64,000 bases of DNA from Gammaproteobacteria bacterium (GTDB taxonomy: Bacteria; Pseudomonadota; Gammaproteobacteria; Ga0077536). The notes under the pieces are model-generated. The model was not told the origin of the DNA and did not search any database. It saw only the letters and a list, made by a program, of their open reading frames with translations. Positions 11,757 through 20,465 of this stretch are shown here, one piece after another. The stretch covers positions 1 to 64,000 of the forward strand of contig CAXXLL010000003.1 in the NCBI GenBank assembly GCA_963662545.2, written 5' to 3'. Position 1 is the first letter of the stretch; the number at the start of each line of letters is the position of its first letter. Both the position numbers and the translations under genes were made by a program.

Positions 11757-11793
11757 CAAACTGATCGAATTGGAAGTCATGGTCGGCCGCTAA

Positions 11794-12103
11794 ATGTCCG
11801 CAAAGGGTCCAGACTGTGTGAAAACTCAAAAATACGACGACGAAATAAAAATATTCCCCACCAGCATAGTTGTTATGCCCCTCGAATAGGGATCGGCATT
11901 TCAATTAGATCCAATTTCGAGGGTAGTTCCCCCACTTTTGAAAAATGAAAATAGTTTTCACACACTCTGGGTCGTGAGCCGCCGCCTCGCGGCAATGCAG
12001 CATTGCTAAACGTTACGTCTTCTATGCGCCCGAAAGCGGTCGTCGAGTAGCATTGGGCGGAACGTTAGCGGAGCAGGACGGTTCTCGGCCAACAACAAAC
12101 GTT
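11794..12103 (+). repeat. Tripartite palindromic repeat, copy A (site 1 split by a MITE)
   Basis: ATGTCCGCAA-AGGGTC|GT-GAGCCGCC; ACGTCTTCTA-TGCGCCCGA-AAGCGGTCGT at 12015; AGGACGGTTC-TCGGCCA at 12075. Confidence 0.85.
11810..11969. mobile_element. 160-bp MITE, copy 1 (IS1182-like ends)
   Basis: TIR CAGACTGTGTGAAAACT / AGTTTTCACACACTCTG; GGTC on both flanks; near-identical to 15919-16078. Confidence 0.85.
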
Positions 12104-12117
12104 AAGTCCGTCGCGCT

Positions 12118-12260
12118 GTCTGTATAAAAATGGTTGACCGCCGGGCAGATCCTCGCGCTAAACTCCCGTCACCATGGAAATAAACACTGTTACTGGGTTT
12201 CTAAATGATGTTCGCCCGTTATTTTTATACGGACCGAGATAATTACTGTTCAGAGGTTCC
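12118..12260. repeat. Small IR-bounded element plus a solo IS/MITE end
   Basis: GTCTGTATAAAAAT (12118) / ATTTTTATACGGAC (12221-12234); TTCAGAGGTTCC at 12249-12260 matches the MITE end at 63127-63138. Confidence 0.5.
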
Positions 12261-12282
12261 TTAAAGGCGCAAGTCATCGTCA

Positions 12283-13188
12283 TCACGTCATCTGGACAAA
12301 CTGTTCAATCAGCGCCGACACCGTCTCCGGCGCATCCTCCTGTAGAAAATGCCCGACGCCAGGTAGCGTGACAACCGGCGCGTCGGGCCACAAATCTTTA
12401 AAACACCCGATGGTAAATGATTGAGGCAGCGCGCGGTCGGCCTCGCCGAACACCATCATGGCGGGCTTTTGCTTTACCGAAGCGACGGCCTCCGGCGTGC
12501 GGATGGATTTGAGGTAATCCACCGTTTCCCTGTCGGCGATACATTGCGGAAAGCGGTAGGCCGCTATACATGACTCAGGCGTTGGGAAGGGCGCGGCGTA
12601 GGCGCGAACCCAAGTCTCGTCGATATCGGCAGTGCGTTCGAAACCGACGCGTTTCATTACCGACAGCACGGTACTGTTCAAGTTGTGGATGGTCGGTTCA
12701 AAAGAAGGCCCGGCAACCCACACGGGCCACGGTGATGTGCTGAACACAGACGAGCTTTCCTTGGAGCGGCCACCGACAATCGCATTCATGACGCAAAGCC
12801 GTTTGACCCTTTCAGGGTGGCGGTATGCAACCGCACTGCCTATCGGCCCACCCCAGTCCTGCAGCACCAACGTCAGGTTGGTTAAATCAAGCTCGAGTAC
12901 CAGCTTGTCCAAATTCTCGCAGTGCTCTTCGATGGTGTATCGACGGTCCTGTGGCGTTTCGCTTTTGCCGAAGCCCATCTGATCCGGGACCACCACGCGG
13001 CCATGCCTCGCCAATCGTGGAATGATGTTCCGGTAGAGGTAGCCCCAGGTAGGTTCTCCGTGGACGCAAAGAAACGTCTCTGTGCCTTCGGGGTTTTCAT
13101 CCACGTAGTGCATCGCAAAGCCGTTGCCGTGGAAGAAATTCGGAGCAAACGGCCAGGTGCCGTCGAAGGTCTCGTGCGCTTCAATCAT
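12283..13188 (-). CDS. Alpha/beta hydrolase, haloalkane dehalogenase-like
   Basis: MHYVDE, HGEPTWGYLYR, PDQMGFGKS, QDWGG (Asp nucleophile), GHFLQED. Confidence 0.88.
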   Translation of the reverse strand: MIEAHETFDGTWPFAPNFFHGNGFAMHYVDENPEGTETFLCVHGEPTWGYLYRNIIPRLARHGRVVVPDQMGFGKSETPQDRRYTIEEHCENLDKLVLELDLTNLTLVLQDWGGPIGSAVAYRHPERVKRLCVMNAIVGGRSKESSSVFSTSPWPVWVAGPSFEPTIHNLNSTVLSVMKRVGFERTADIDETWVRAYAAPFPTPESCIAAYRFPQCIADRETVDYLKSIRTPEAVASVKQKPAMMVFGEADRALPQSFTIGCFKDLWPDAPVVTLPGVGHFLQEDAPETVSALIEQFVQMT

Positions 13189-13413
13189 GATTTAGTCGGT
13201 TCCTTCGGAAAAAAGGGTGATGGAGGGACGATATTCTCGTCAGGATTCGAATTCTAATCCCTCGGTCACCGAAATTTGAACGAAAACGATGACCTCCGGG
13301 CTTCCCAGTCTGCGCCCAGTTATGGGCGCCGCGACAACGGTGTTGCCCGCTTTGCTTACCGCCTTTCCGAAGGCCGCGCTGCTTTCTATTAGGGTAGTTG
13401 TCGAAATCGACGA

Positions 13414-13556
13414 ATGTCGCATAAGGGTCGGTAGCTGCCCTGTCGCCTCAGCGCAGCATTGCTAAGAATTACGTCTGCAATGTGCTCGTAAGCGGTCGTT
13501 CTGTAGCGTTTGGGCAGTGCGTTCTTGACTACGATGTTCTATCTCAAAAGCGACGT
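13414..13556 (+). repeat. Tripartite palindromic repeat, copy B (uninterrupted; site 3 degenerate)
   Basis: ATGTCGCATA-AGGGTCGG-TAGCTGCCCT; GCGCAGCATTGCTAAG linker; ACGTCTGCAA-TGTGCTCGT-AAGCGGTCGT at 13471. Confidence 0.85.
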
Positions 13557-13560
13557 CTAA

Positions 13561-13800
13561 ATGACCGTTGAACTGAAATTCTTCGACAAGCGAACCGATG
13601 TCGGAAACATTAGAAACCGAGCGTTCTACAGAACCTGCGGAACCCCAATATCGGAAACCACGACGGGGTATCCTGGTCAGATCTCCATAACGGTGGGTAC
13701 GCCGGATGATCCCCGATGTGCAATGCTCGATGCCAAGGAGCCCGCACTGGCTCGAGAGCGTCATTTGATTGAAGGGGTTCGAGAAGGCCCCGAGATTTAA
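13561..13800 (+). pseudogene. Fragment of a GFA/CENP-V family protein
   Basis: RAFYRTCGTPI...ISITVGTPDDP matches the GFA C-terminal half; the N-terminal Cys cluster is missing. Confidence 0.6.
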
Positions 13801-13825
13801 ATACCTGTTTCCAGAGTACGGATTA

Positions 13826-14485
13826 CTATGCGGCGGAGCGGGCTTCGGTGCCTTGATTCAACCGCGCCATCAGTTCGTCCGCGGTCAAGAGCTCCGAGAT
13901 ATAACCTTGCTTGAGGGTCTCGACAGTGTACTTGTGGATCATGGCCGCCGGTGTGCCGTCGTCGGTATCGAAAGTACAATTCAGATCGTCAACGAAGATC
14001 ACATCGTAGTCACGGTTGAATGCGTCGATCGAGGTCGTCATGCAGCAGAAGTTCGTCGCCATACCGATGACGATGCAAGTGTTACGTCCGCGGAAAGGCG
14101 GGTTGTTCATGACGACGTCGAGCTTGGTGTTCCAGAAGAGGCTGTACTTCGGTTTCGGAATGTAGACCTCGTATTCGTTGAAGGCGTCGGGCTTCAATTC
14201 GTCGACGAGTTCAACGCCCTTGGTTCCTGAATTCAGTGCAACGCCGTCGTAAATCGGCCCCCATCGATCGAGCAACGTACCTCTCATGTCGGTTGAGACG
14301 CCGTGCGCGATCGGGATCTTGTGGTCGCGCGCGAACTTGAGCAATTGCCCCATCTTGCCGTACATATCGCGGCCTTCGTCAATCACGAAAGGCTCGCCCT
14401 CTAGCAGGAAATCATTGATCATGTCGAGGCACAGGATGATAGCGTCGTCAACGAGGGGCTTGTTTGGAGCTATTCGGCTGTACAT
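13826..14485 (-). CDS. Isochorismatase/cysteine hydrolase family protein
   Basis: LDMINDF (Asp), PKPKYS (Lys), GMATNFCCMTTSIDAF (Cys). Confidence 0.88.
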   Translation of the reverse strand: MYSRIAPNKPLVDDAIILCLDMINDFLLEGEPFVIDEGRDMYGKMGQLLKFARDHKIPIAHGVSTDMRGTLLDRWGPIYDGVALNSGTKGVELVDELKPDAFNEYEVYIPKPKYSLFWNTKLDVVMNNPPFRGRNTCIVIGMATNFCCMTTSIDAFNRDYDVIFVDDLNCTFDTDDGTPAAMIHKYTVETLKQGYISELLTADELMARLNQGTEARSAA

Positions 14486-14612
14486 GGTGTGGTCGTCCTA
14501 TCGCGCATAGACCCTACAATCATAGTATGCGCGTCCCGATTATTCGACAAAGCGTCACCGTCGGTAACGAATCAAAACAGCAAGGATAACTAGATTTTCG
14601 TCCAGATCGGCG

Positions 14613-15259
14613 ATGACCGCTGGTGACGGTCAGAGAGGGCGCTATGGGGTGGCGGAGAGGCCCGTAGTACTGAGGAAGCCGGGTAATGCTGGTGGAGGGA
14701 AGGGGCCTTAGTTCAAGACGGGCACTGAAAGCGGCAAAGCACAGGAGATTGGGGCAACCCTAGGCAACTCCGGTAAGGTGCGGGCGCGGTGGAAGGCGTC
14801 ACATGTTGAAGCGAAGGAAGAACCCGGATTGCGATCTGGAAGCGAATGCCCACCCAAGTGGTGGCATTGGCGGTTGTGTGCAGAACGCTCGGTTCGTGCA
14901 CGCCGGGATACACGGCCCGGTGTGGTGGGTCGGGTGAACTGCGGATGACCTTTCGTGTGCCAAGGCATGAGTCTTGTCCGAGAGCCGGATGCGGTAGTTC
15001 CGCCTGTCCGGTTCGATGAGGAGGATGTGGAAACGGAGTGATGGTCCGGCTATTGAGGCACCGCCAGACGAAAGGGGCGGCAACAGATTGGCTGAACCTT
15101 AGACCACCGCGCCACATCCTTACTCTACCGTGAGCCGCCCCCTCGCGGCAGCGCAGCACAGCTAGAGATTAGGTCTGCAGTACCCCCGTAAGCGGTCGTG
15201 CAGTAGCTTTCAGTGGAGCGTTAGCTGAGCAGGACGGCTCTCGGCCACAACCGGACGTT
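14613..15259 (+). repeat. Tripartite palindromic repeat, copy C (site 1 split by a group II intron remnant)
   Basis: ATGACCGCTGG|...|CGTGAGCCGCC; AGGTCTGCAG-TACCCCCGT-AAGCGGTCGT at 15171; AGGACGGCTC-TCGGCCAC-AACCGGACGT at 15231. Confidence 0.85.
14624..15128 (+). ncRNA. ORF-less, 5'-truncated group II intron remnant (class E-like)
   Basis: DII/DIII-like GTGGCGGAGAGG..GAAGCCGGGTAATG..GGAGGGAAGGGGCC; DV GAGCCGGATGCG...GTCCGGTTC (14982-15014); extended DVI ending CTCTAC; only a decayed trace of the RT N-terminus (..EAKEEPG..). Confidence 0.8.
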
Positions 15260-15318
15260 CAAGTCCTCGACGCCCTCGGATATGCTGCCCGCTGGCTTCG
15301 CCAACGGGAGATTGAAAG

Positions 15319-15876
15319 ATGAACTGGGAAGCGGTAGGTGCAATTAGCGAAGGGGTCGGAGCCATTGCGGTCGTATTGACTCTCATATATCTCGCCATGC
15401 AGATCCGGCAGAACACTTCACAACAAAAGCGCGAAGAAATCGTCTCCGTTCAAGTTGGGCAAAACAAATTAGTCGAACAGCTTCAGGATCCGTCACTGGT
15501 GCGTGCGTACGTTCGGGTAACAGATGGCAACACTCCTGTCAGCACGGCTGACCGAGCAAGGACAATTTTCTGGGTCATACAATACATAAACCACTTCGAA
15601 ATAGTTTTTGACCTCTATCATGACGGGTCACTGGATGACGACCGTTACGAACACTGGGAATCGATTGCCGTTAGCGTTGTAGCGACCAAAGGTATACGGG
15701 CGTGGTGGGACGGTGAGTCAGGAAAACTCGCCTTCAGACCAAAAGTGCGCGATCTCATCGATCAAAAACTCAATGACGCCGAGAATCCGCCTACCCCGTT
15801 CAACAGAGGGTGGGAGATTATGAACCCCGAATCCTGGAGAGATGTCGAATTAGACGACGTTGCGAGAGGAACCTAA
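15319..15876 (+). CDS. Hypothetical protein with N-terminal TM anchor (MNWEAVGAI...TLIYLAxQIRQNT type)
   Basis: Intact 185-aa ORF with RBS GGGAG, located between repeat copies C and D. Confidence 0.8.
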   Translation: MNWEAVGAISEGVGAIAVVLTLIYLAMQIRQNTSQQKREEIVSVQVGQNKLVEQLQDPSLVRAYVRVTDGNTPVSTADRARTIFWVIQYINHFEIVFDLYHDGSLDDDRYEHWESIAVSVVATKGIRAWWDGESGKLAFRPKVRDLIDQKLNDAENPPTPFNRGWEIMNPESWRDVELDDVARGT

Positions 15877-15902
15877 ATCCAAACAATCTTGTGGAGTTAC
15901 CG

Positions 15903-16165
15903 TGATCCGCTCCGGGTCCAGACTGTGTGAAAACTCAAAAATACGACGACGAAATAAAAATATTCCCCACCAGCATAGTTGTTATGCCCCTCGAATAGGG
16001 ATCGGCATTTCAATTAGATCCAATTTCGAGGGTAGTTCCCCCACTTTTGAAAAATGAAAATAGTTTTCACACAGTCTGGGTCGGAAGCCGCCTAATTGAG
16101 GAAGCGCAGCACTGCTCTAGGTTCGGTCTGCAATGCGCTCAGAAGCGGTCGTCCAGTAGCGGACT
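15903..16165 (+). repeat. Palindromic repeat, copy D (site 1 split by a MITE; site 3 lost)
   Basis: TGATCCGCTC-CGGGTC|GG-AAGCCGCC; GCGCAGCACTGCT linker; CGGTCTGCAA-TGCGCTCAG-AAGCGGTCGT. Confidence 0.8.
15919..16078. mobile_element. 160-bp MITE, copy 2 (IS1182-like ends)
   Basis: Perfect TIR CAGACTGTGTGAAAACT / AGTTTTCACACAGTCTG; GGTC duplication. Confidence 0.85.
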
Positions 16166-16204
16166 TCACTAGCATGAGCTGGCGCGCTCTGCCATTAGGA
16201 CCCT

Positions 16205-16885
16205 TTAAAATTTCTCGACCCAGGGGCGTAGTTCAACTTCCCACGTCCACGCGCTGCGATGTTGTCGGTGAATATCCAGGTAGCTTTGGGCGATGGCGTC
16301 CGGATCGAGTTGCTCGTCACCACCGGGCGCTGCATCTGGACTCCTTATGCCACCATCGATCACGAAATGTGCGACGTGAATGCCGTGCGGCGCAAGTTCC
16401 CGCGCCGATGCTTGAGCCAGGCCACGCAAGCCGAACTTGCCCATTGCGAATGATGATGAGTTGGCGAATCCTTTGACGCTGGCGGACGCGCCGGTCATCA
16501 ACAAGCTGCCCGTTCCGCGTGCGAGCATGCGCTTGGCCGATTCCTGGGTTACCAAAAAACCGCCGTAACAAGTCACCAACAGCGCATCGCGCACGGCGCG
16601 GGCGTCTATCTCGGTGACTGGCCCACGGACTCGCGCGCTAGGATTATAGACAACGACGTCAGGGGTGCCGATATTGTCGTCGGCGCTGGCGAACATCTTT
16701 TGAACGTCAGCCGGATCCGACGCATCGCATGCTACGGTGATGGCCTCTGTTTGTTCCACCAACGCTTCGAGTTTGTCGGTGTTACGCGCCGCCAACATGA
16801 CCTGCATGCCGTTTGACCGAAACAGTCGCGCCAATGATGCACTCAAGCCGTCGCCGGCACCTATGATCAATGCTGATTCGCTCAT
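16205..16885 (-). CDS. Short-chain dehydrogenase/reductase
   Basis: IIGAGDGLS, TGASASVKG, FAMGKFGLRGLAQ, HVAHFVIDG. Confidence 0.9.
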   Translation of the reverse strand: MSESALIIGAGDGLSASLARLFRSNGMQVMLAARNTDKLEALVEQTEAITVACDASDPADVQKMFASADDNIGTPDVVVYNPSARVRGPVTEIDARAVRDALLVTCYGGFLVTQESAKRMLARGTGSLLMTGASASVKGFANSSSFAMGKFGLRGLAQASARELAPHGIHVAHFVIDGGIRSPDAAPGGDEQLDPDAIAQSYLDIHRQHRSAWTWEVELRPWVEKF

Positions 16886-16971
16886 ATGTCCCCCTCAAAA
16901 TTTCTAAATACACGGATGCGTTCTCTTTATCCTATCCTCCCGCCTGTCGTTCATAAATGACCATCCAGACC

Positions 16972-18120
16972 TAAATAGGTGTTCCAAAAACTCGATCAAA
17001 TAAAAAGAACTGAGGTGACATTCAGAGATCAGAGGTTGTATCGAGCAATCTACGTTCCCGAAAGAGGTCACCTGAGTATGGATAGTTTAGTGTCATTGAC
17101 GCGCTCACAGAAACGTCGCTTTAAGCGGTTGATTCAACGCAGCGATAACGGGCGGGTGGTTCGCCGCGCTCAAGTCCTGTTGCAGTTAGCTTCAGGCGTC
17201 TCACCGACGGCCGTGTCACGCAGTTTGTCGGTCGCGCGTTCAACGGTTTATCGATGGGTCACGCAATTCCAGACCGCGGGTGAAGCCTTTCTCGAGGCGT
17301 GCGGCTCGGGCCGGCGGGCGTATACGGTGGATGACACCCTGTTGGAGACGCTCGCCGAGTTAGTTGAGCAGCCGCCCAGTGATTATGGCTACCTGCGCAG
17401 TACGTGGACGAGCGAGATGCTGGCCGAGACGCTGAATTCGTTGCTGTCACGGCCCATTCACGCCTCTACGGTACGTCGCTGGCTAGTTAATTTGGGATTC
17501 GGCTGGCGTCGTGCTCGTCCGACCTTACATCTGCGCGACCCACGGGCAGCCACGCGCCTGAAAGCCATTCATCGTGCGTTGTCTCGAGCCCCATCGGGGC
17601 ATGAAGTGTTTTACGCCGATGAGGTCGATATCGACCTCAATCCCAAAATCGGTTTCCTTTGGTCTACTCAAGGTTGTCAACGTGCCATCCCCACGCCTGG
17701 GCAAAACCGGAAACGCTATCTGGCGAGCGCGCTGCACGCACGAACCGGTCGCGTTGCGTATGTCGAGGGCACACGGAAAAACAGCGACCTGTTCCTTTGC
17801 CTGCTCGACCACCTGCGGCAAACTTACCGCGCCGCGCGTCGAATTATCTTGATCGTGGATAACTACATCATCCACAAATGTCGCTTGGCACACGTCTGGC
17901 TAAAGCACAATCCGAAATTCCGATTGCTGTTCCAGCCGGCCTGTCAGCCCTGGGTCAATGACATTGAGAAACTCTGGAAACAGTTGCACGACAATGTCAC
18001 CCGGAATCATCGTTACTCGACCATCGACCGTCTGATGGACGCAGTACGTGCCTTCATGCGTGCGGCAAGTCCATTCCCGGGAAACTGCCCGAGTGTCGCA
18101 AGATTTGGATCACCTATTTA
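16972..18120 (+). mobile_element. IS630-family insertion sequence
   Basis: TA-AATAGGTG / CACCTATT-TA ends with TA duplication in a CTAG target. Confidence 0.88.
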
Positions 18121-18121
18121 G
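17078..18121 (+). CDS. IS630-family transposase
   Basis: HTH N-terminus; YADE, VDNYIIHK, NDIEKLW DDE motifs; start uncertain. Confidence 0.88.
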   Translation: MDSLVSLTRSQKRRFKRLIQRSDNGRVVRRAQVLLQLASGVSPTAVSRSLSVARSTVYRWVTQFQTAGEAFLEACGSGRRAYTVDDTLLETLAELVEQPPSDYGYLRSTWTSEMLAETLNSLLSRPIHASTVRRWLVNLGFGWRRARPTLHLRDPRAATRLKAIHRALSRAPSGHEVFYADEVDIDLNPKIGFLWSTQGCQRAIPTPGQNRKRYLASALHARTGRVAYVEGTRKNSDLFLCLLDHLRQTYRAARRIILIVDNYIIHKCRLAHVWLKHNPKFRLLFQPACQPWVNDIEKLWKQLHDNVTRNHRYSTIDRLMDAVRAFMRAASPFPGNCPSVARFGSPI

Positions 18122-18233
18122 TCAGGCTGCCTTTCGGATATATTGTCAGCGTCAGGTTTTTCAAAGCAAAAAGAAACCGGCCAAAGCTGGTTCTACGAGC
18201 TACGGAGGATGCCCCAACTATTCGTGACCCGGA

Positions 18234-18267
18234 GTGTCCGAAATGGGTCTATTGTGTTGAAAAAGTC
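18234..18267 (+). repeat. Left half of a GGGTC-type palindrome followed by an IS-end-like sequence
   Basis: GTGTCCGAAA-TGGGTC then TATTGTGTTGAAAAAGTC (resembles the MITE end); cut off by IS6. Confidence 0.55.
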
Positions 18268-18286
18268 GTACGGCATACGATTTTGA

Positions 18287-19084
18287 GGTTCTGTCAGGTT
18301 GGCGCCGGATCGCGGACAATTAACGCATGGCAGAAGCTCCTAATTATCGCGGATATCGATTTCCGCCTGAAATCATCGCGCGGTCGGTGTGGTTGTACCA
18401 TCGTTTTACGCTCAGCTTTCGCGATATCGAAGACCTTTTAGCCGAGCGCGGCGTGACGGTTTCGTATGAAACTATCCGCCAGTGGTGTCTGACGTTTGGA
18501 CCCGATTACACTCGCCGAATTAGGAAACATCAGGGGCCTTGCGGCGACTGTTGGTTTCTCGATGAGGTCGTCGTCTCAATTCAAGGAAAGCGTCGTTACC
18601 TTTGGCGAGCCGTGGACCAAGACGGCGATCTGATTGAGATCCTCGTACAAAAACGCAAGGATACTAAAGCCGCTAAGCGCTTCTTTCGAAAGGCGCTACG
18701 CTCACAAACAGCCGTTCCTATCGAGATAACAACCGATAAGCTCCGTAGTTACGCCTCAGCCAAACGCGAGGTAATGCCGTCCGTGCCACACTGCCAAGAT
18801 CACTATGCGAATAACCGCGCGGAAGTTTCACACGAGCCGACGCGGGAACAAGAAAGGCAGATGCGCGGGTTTCGATCGGACGGACACGCGCAGCGCTTTC
18901 TAAGCGTCCACGGTCAAGTCAACAATCTGTTTCGCCTCGGTCGTCATCTCCTCAGAGCGAAGAACTATCGTGAACTACGCTCCAAGGCATTTCTCACTTG
19001 GTCGGAGGTGACATGCGCCTGCTGATTGACGATGATTCTACTTGCTCGAAAGATCGGGCCTGCGCGCAACAACCTGACAAAACC
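18287..19084 (+). mobile_element. IS6-family insertion sequence, no target duplication
   Basis: TIR GGTTCTGTCAGGTT / AACCTGACAAAACC; flanks GATTTTGA vs CAAGTGCG differ. Confidence 0.9.
18327..19025 (+). CDS. IS6-family transposase
   Basis: YRFPPEII, LSFRDIEDLLAERG, WFLDE, YLWRAVD, NNRAEVSH. Confidence 0.93.
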   Translation: MAEAPNYRGYRFPPEIIARSVWLYHRFTLSFRDIEDLLAERGVTVSYETIRQWCLTFGPDYTRRIRKHQGPCGDCWFLDEVVVSIQGKRRYLWRAVDQDGDLIEILVQKRKDTKAAKRFFRKALRSQTAVPIEITTDKLRSYASAKREVMPSVPHCQDHYANNRAEVSHEPTREQERQMRGFRSDGHAQRFLSVHGQVNNLFRLGRHLLRAKNYRELRSKAFLTWSEVTCAC

Positions 19085-19199
19085 CAAGTGCGGCCATAAG
19101 ATGAATCGCGAGCGCTACCTAAGAAGCGAGCGAGTCCGACGCGTGACATTAGAAAGGACCGTACTGAGCACATTTGAGACGATATAGACGCGATTCTGA

Positions 19200-19270
19200 G
19201 CGTCAGCTTTCCCGTAAGCCGACGGTCGCTTTGCATCAAGCTACAGCCGGGTTCGGTCATTAGCGGTCAG
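19200..19270 (+). repeat. Degenerate palindrome pair of the island repeat family
   Basis: GCGTCAGCTT-TCCCGT-AAGCCGACGG and ..TTCGGTCAT-TAGCGGTCA. Confidence 0.45.
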
Positions 19271-19584
19271 CAGGGTTCTCCCGACTCAGGTTCGCTATTC
19301 AGGCCAACATCGCATCGAAGCACAGATTGACCACTGTTTGATGACCTGGGGATACTCGATGCACTTGGGGAAAAGACCTTTTATTCTGCCTATACTCCGA
19401 TCGAAGTTCATCGGCGTGGCGTTTGGCCTGTGGCTTGCAGAACTGGAGCCCGGTCGCAGCGGCGCTTGTGAGGGACCAGGAGTGAGGAGATACGTCCCGA
19501 TATTTGGACCACAAATTTCCTTTTTTTCCTAGAGCTGTCGTGTTCGCGCGGATCTAGAGGTAATTACGTCGGAAGGAGGGTGAT

Positions 19585-20358
19585 ATGGACCTTGGTTTAA
19601 AAGACCGCGTAGCGGTCATTACTGGAGCGAGCTATGGGCTGGGCGAGGCCATGGCCCAGCGCCTAGTCAAAGAGGGAGCACGAGTCGTTATCTGCGCGCG
19701 CGGCGAGGAGCAATTGAACCGTACTGCACAAGCTCTGGGTCCCAACGCACTAGCAATCCAGGCTGATGTGAGCAAGGCGGCAGACATCACACAACTTTTT
19801 GATAGCACTGTGAAGCACTTCGGCAAACTTGACATCCTGGTCAACAATGCTGGCTGGTATCACCTGAGCCAAGGACTGGATCTATCCGACAAGGAGTGGC
19901 AGGACAATCTTGATATCAACCTGTTCAGCGTGATTCGCTGTTCGCGGCTTGCCGTTCCCCTGATGCAGAAACAGAAATGGGGTCGGATTGTCAATATTTC
20001 TTCGATCTTCGGCAAACAGCCTAACGCGGGCTTGATCGACTACAACACCACCAAAGCAGCAGTTATCAGTCTCACCAAAACCCTGGCCGACGAGTTGGCC
20101 AAGGAAAACATACTGGTCAACGCAGTCTGTCCAGGACCAACGCGTACGCCATTGTGGGATGGTCTGGCCAAGACGTTTAATCCTGACGATCCGGATGGCA
20201 TGATTAATGACTTTGCCGCCGCGAATATTCCGCTAGGCCGGTTTGGCCGCCCTGAGGAGATTGCCGACCTGGTTGCGTTTCTGTCCTCAGAACGGGCTAG
20301 CTTTATCACTGGTGCAGCTTATGACATCGACGGCGGGATGGTGAAGAATATGGCGTAG
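19585..20358 (+). CDS. Short-chain dehydrogenase/reductase (FabG-like)
   Basis: TGASYGLG, LVNNAG, YNTTK, VNAVCPG, IDGG; RBS GGAGG. Confidence 0.92.
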   Translation: MDLGLKDRVAVITGASYGLGEAMAQRLVKEGARVVICARGEEQLNRTAQALGPNALAIQADVSKAADITQLFDSTVKHFGKLDILVNNAGWYHLSQGLDLSDKEWQDNLDINLFSVIRCSRLAVPLMQKQKWGRIVNISSIFGKQPNAGLIDYNTTKAAVISLTKTLADELAKENILVNAVCPGPTRTPLWDGLAKTFNPDDPDGMINDFAAANIPLGRFGRPEEIADLVAFLSSERASFITGAAYDIDGGMVKNMA

Positions 20359-20465
20359 GAGTGAGCTGCCATCAGAAAACTGGACCAGTTCGTAGGGGCA
20401 GGTCAGATCCACCCGTTTCTTCCCGACTGTTCGAGCAGGAACTAACCGTTGCGGAGTTTGTAGTG

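Noticed and set aside
14708-15159. ORFs 14713-15159, 14708-14968 and 14799-15083
   Set aside because: Antisense readings of the group II intron RNA domains; no RT motifs.
15860-16057. 65-aa ORF, and 11653-11904
   Set aside because: Both run through the non-coding 160-bp MITE.
11794-16165. Island repeats as canonical integron attC sites
   Set aside because: Some GCTAA..GTTAG pairing exists in units A and C, but there is no consistent RYYYAAC/GTTRRRY box pair. Cargo genes face both directions and no IntI-type integrase is evident.
16958-18130. IS630 as another element targeting the island palindrome
   Set aside because: The reconstructed empty site (..CCAGACCTAGTCAGG..) is an ordinary CTAG target with no convincing match to the palindrome.
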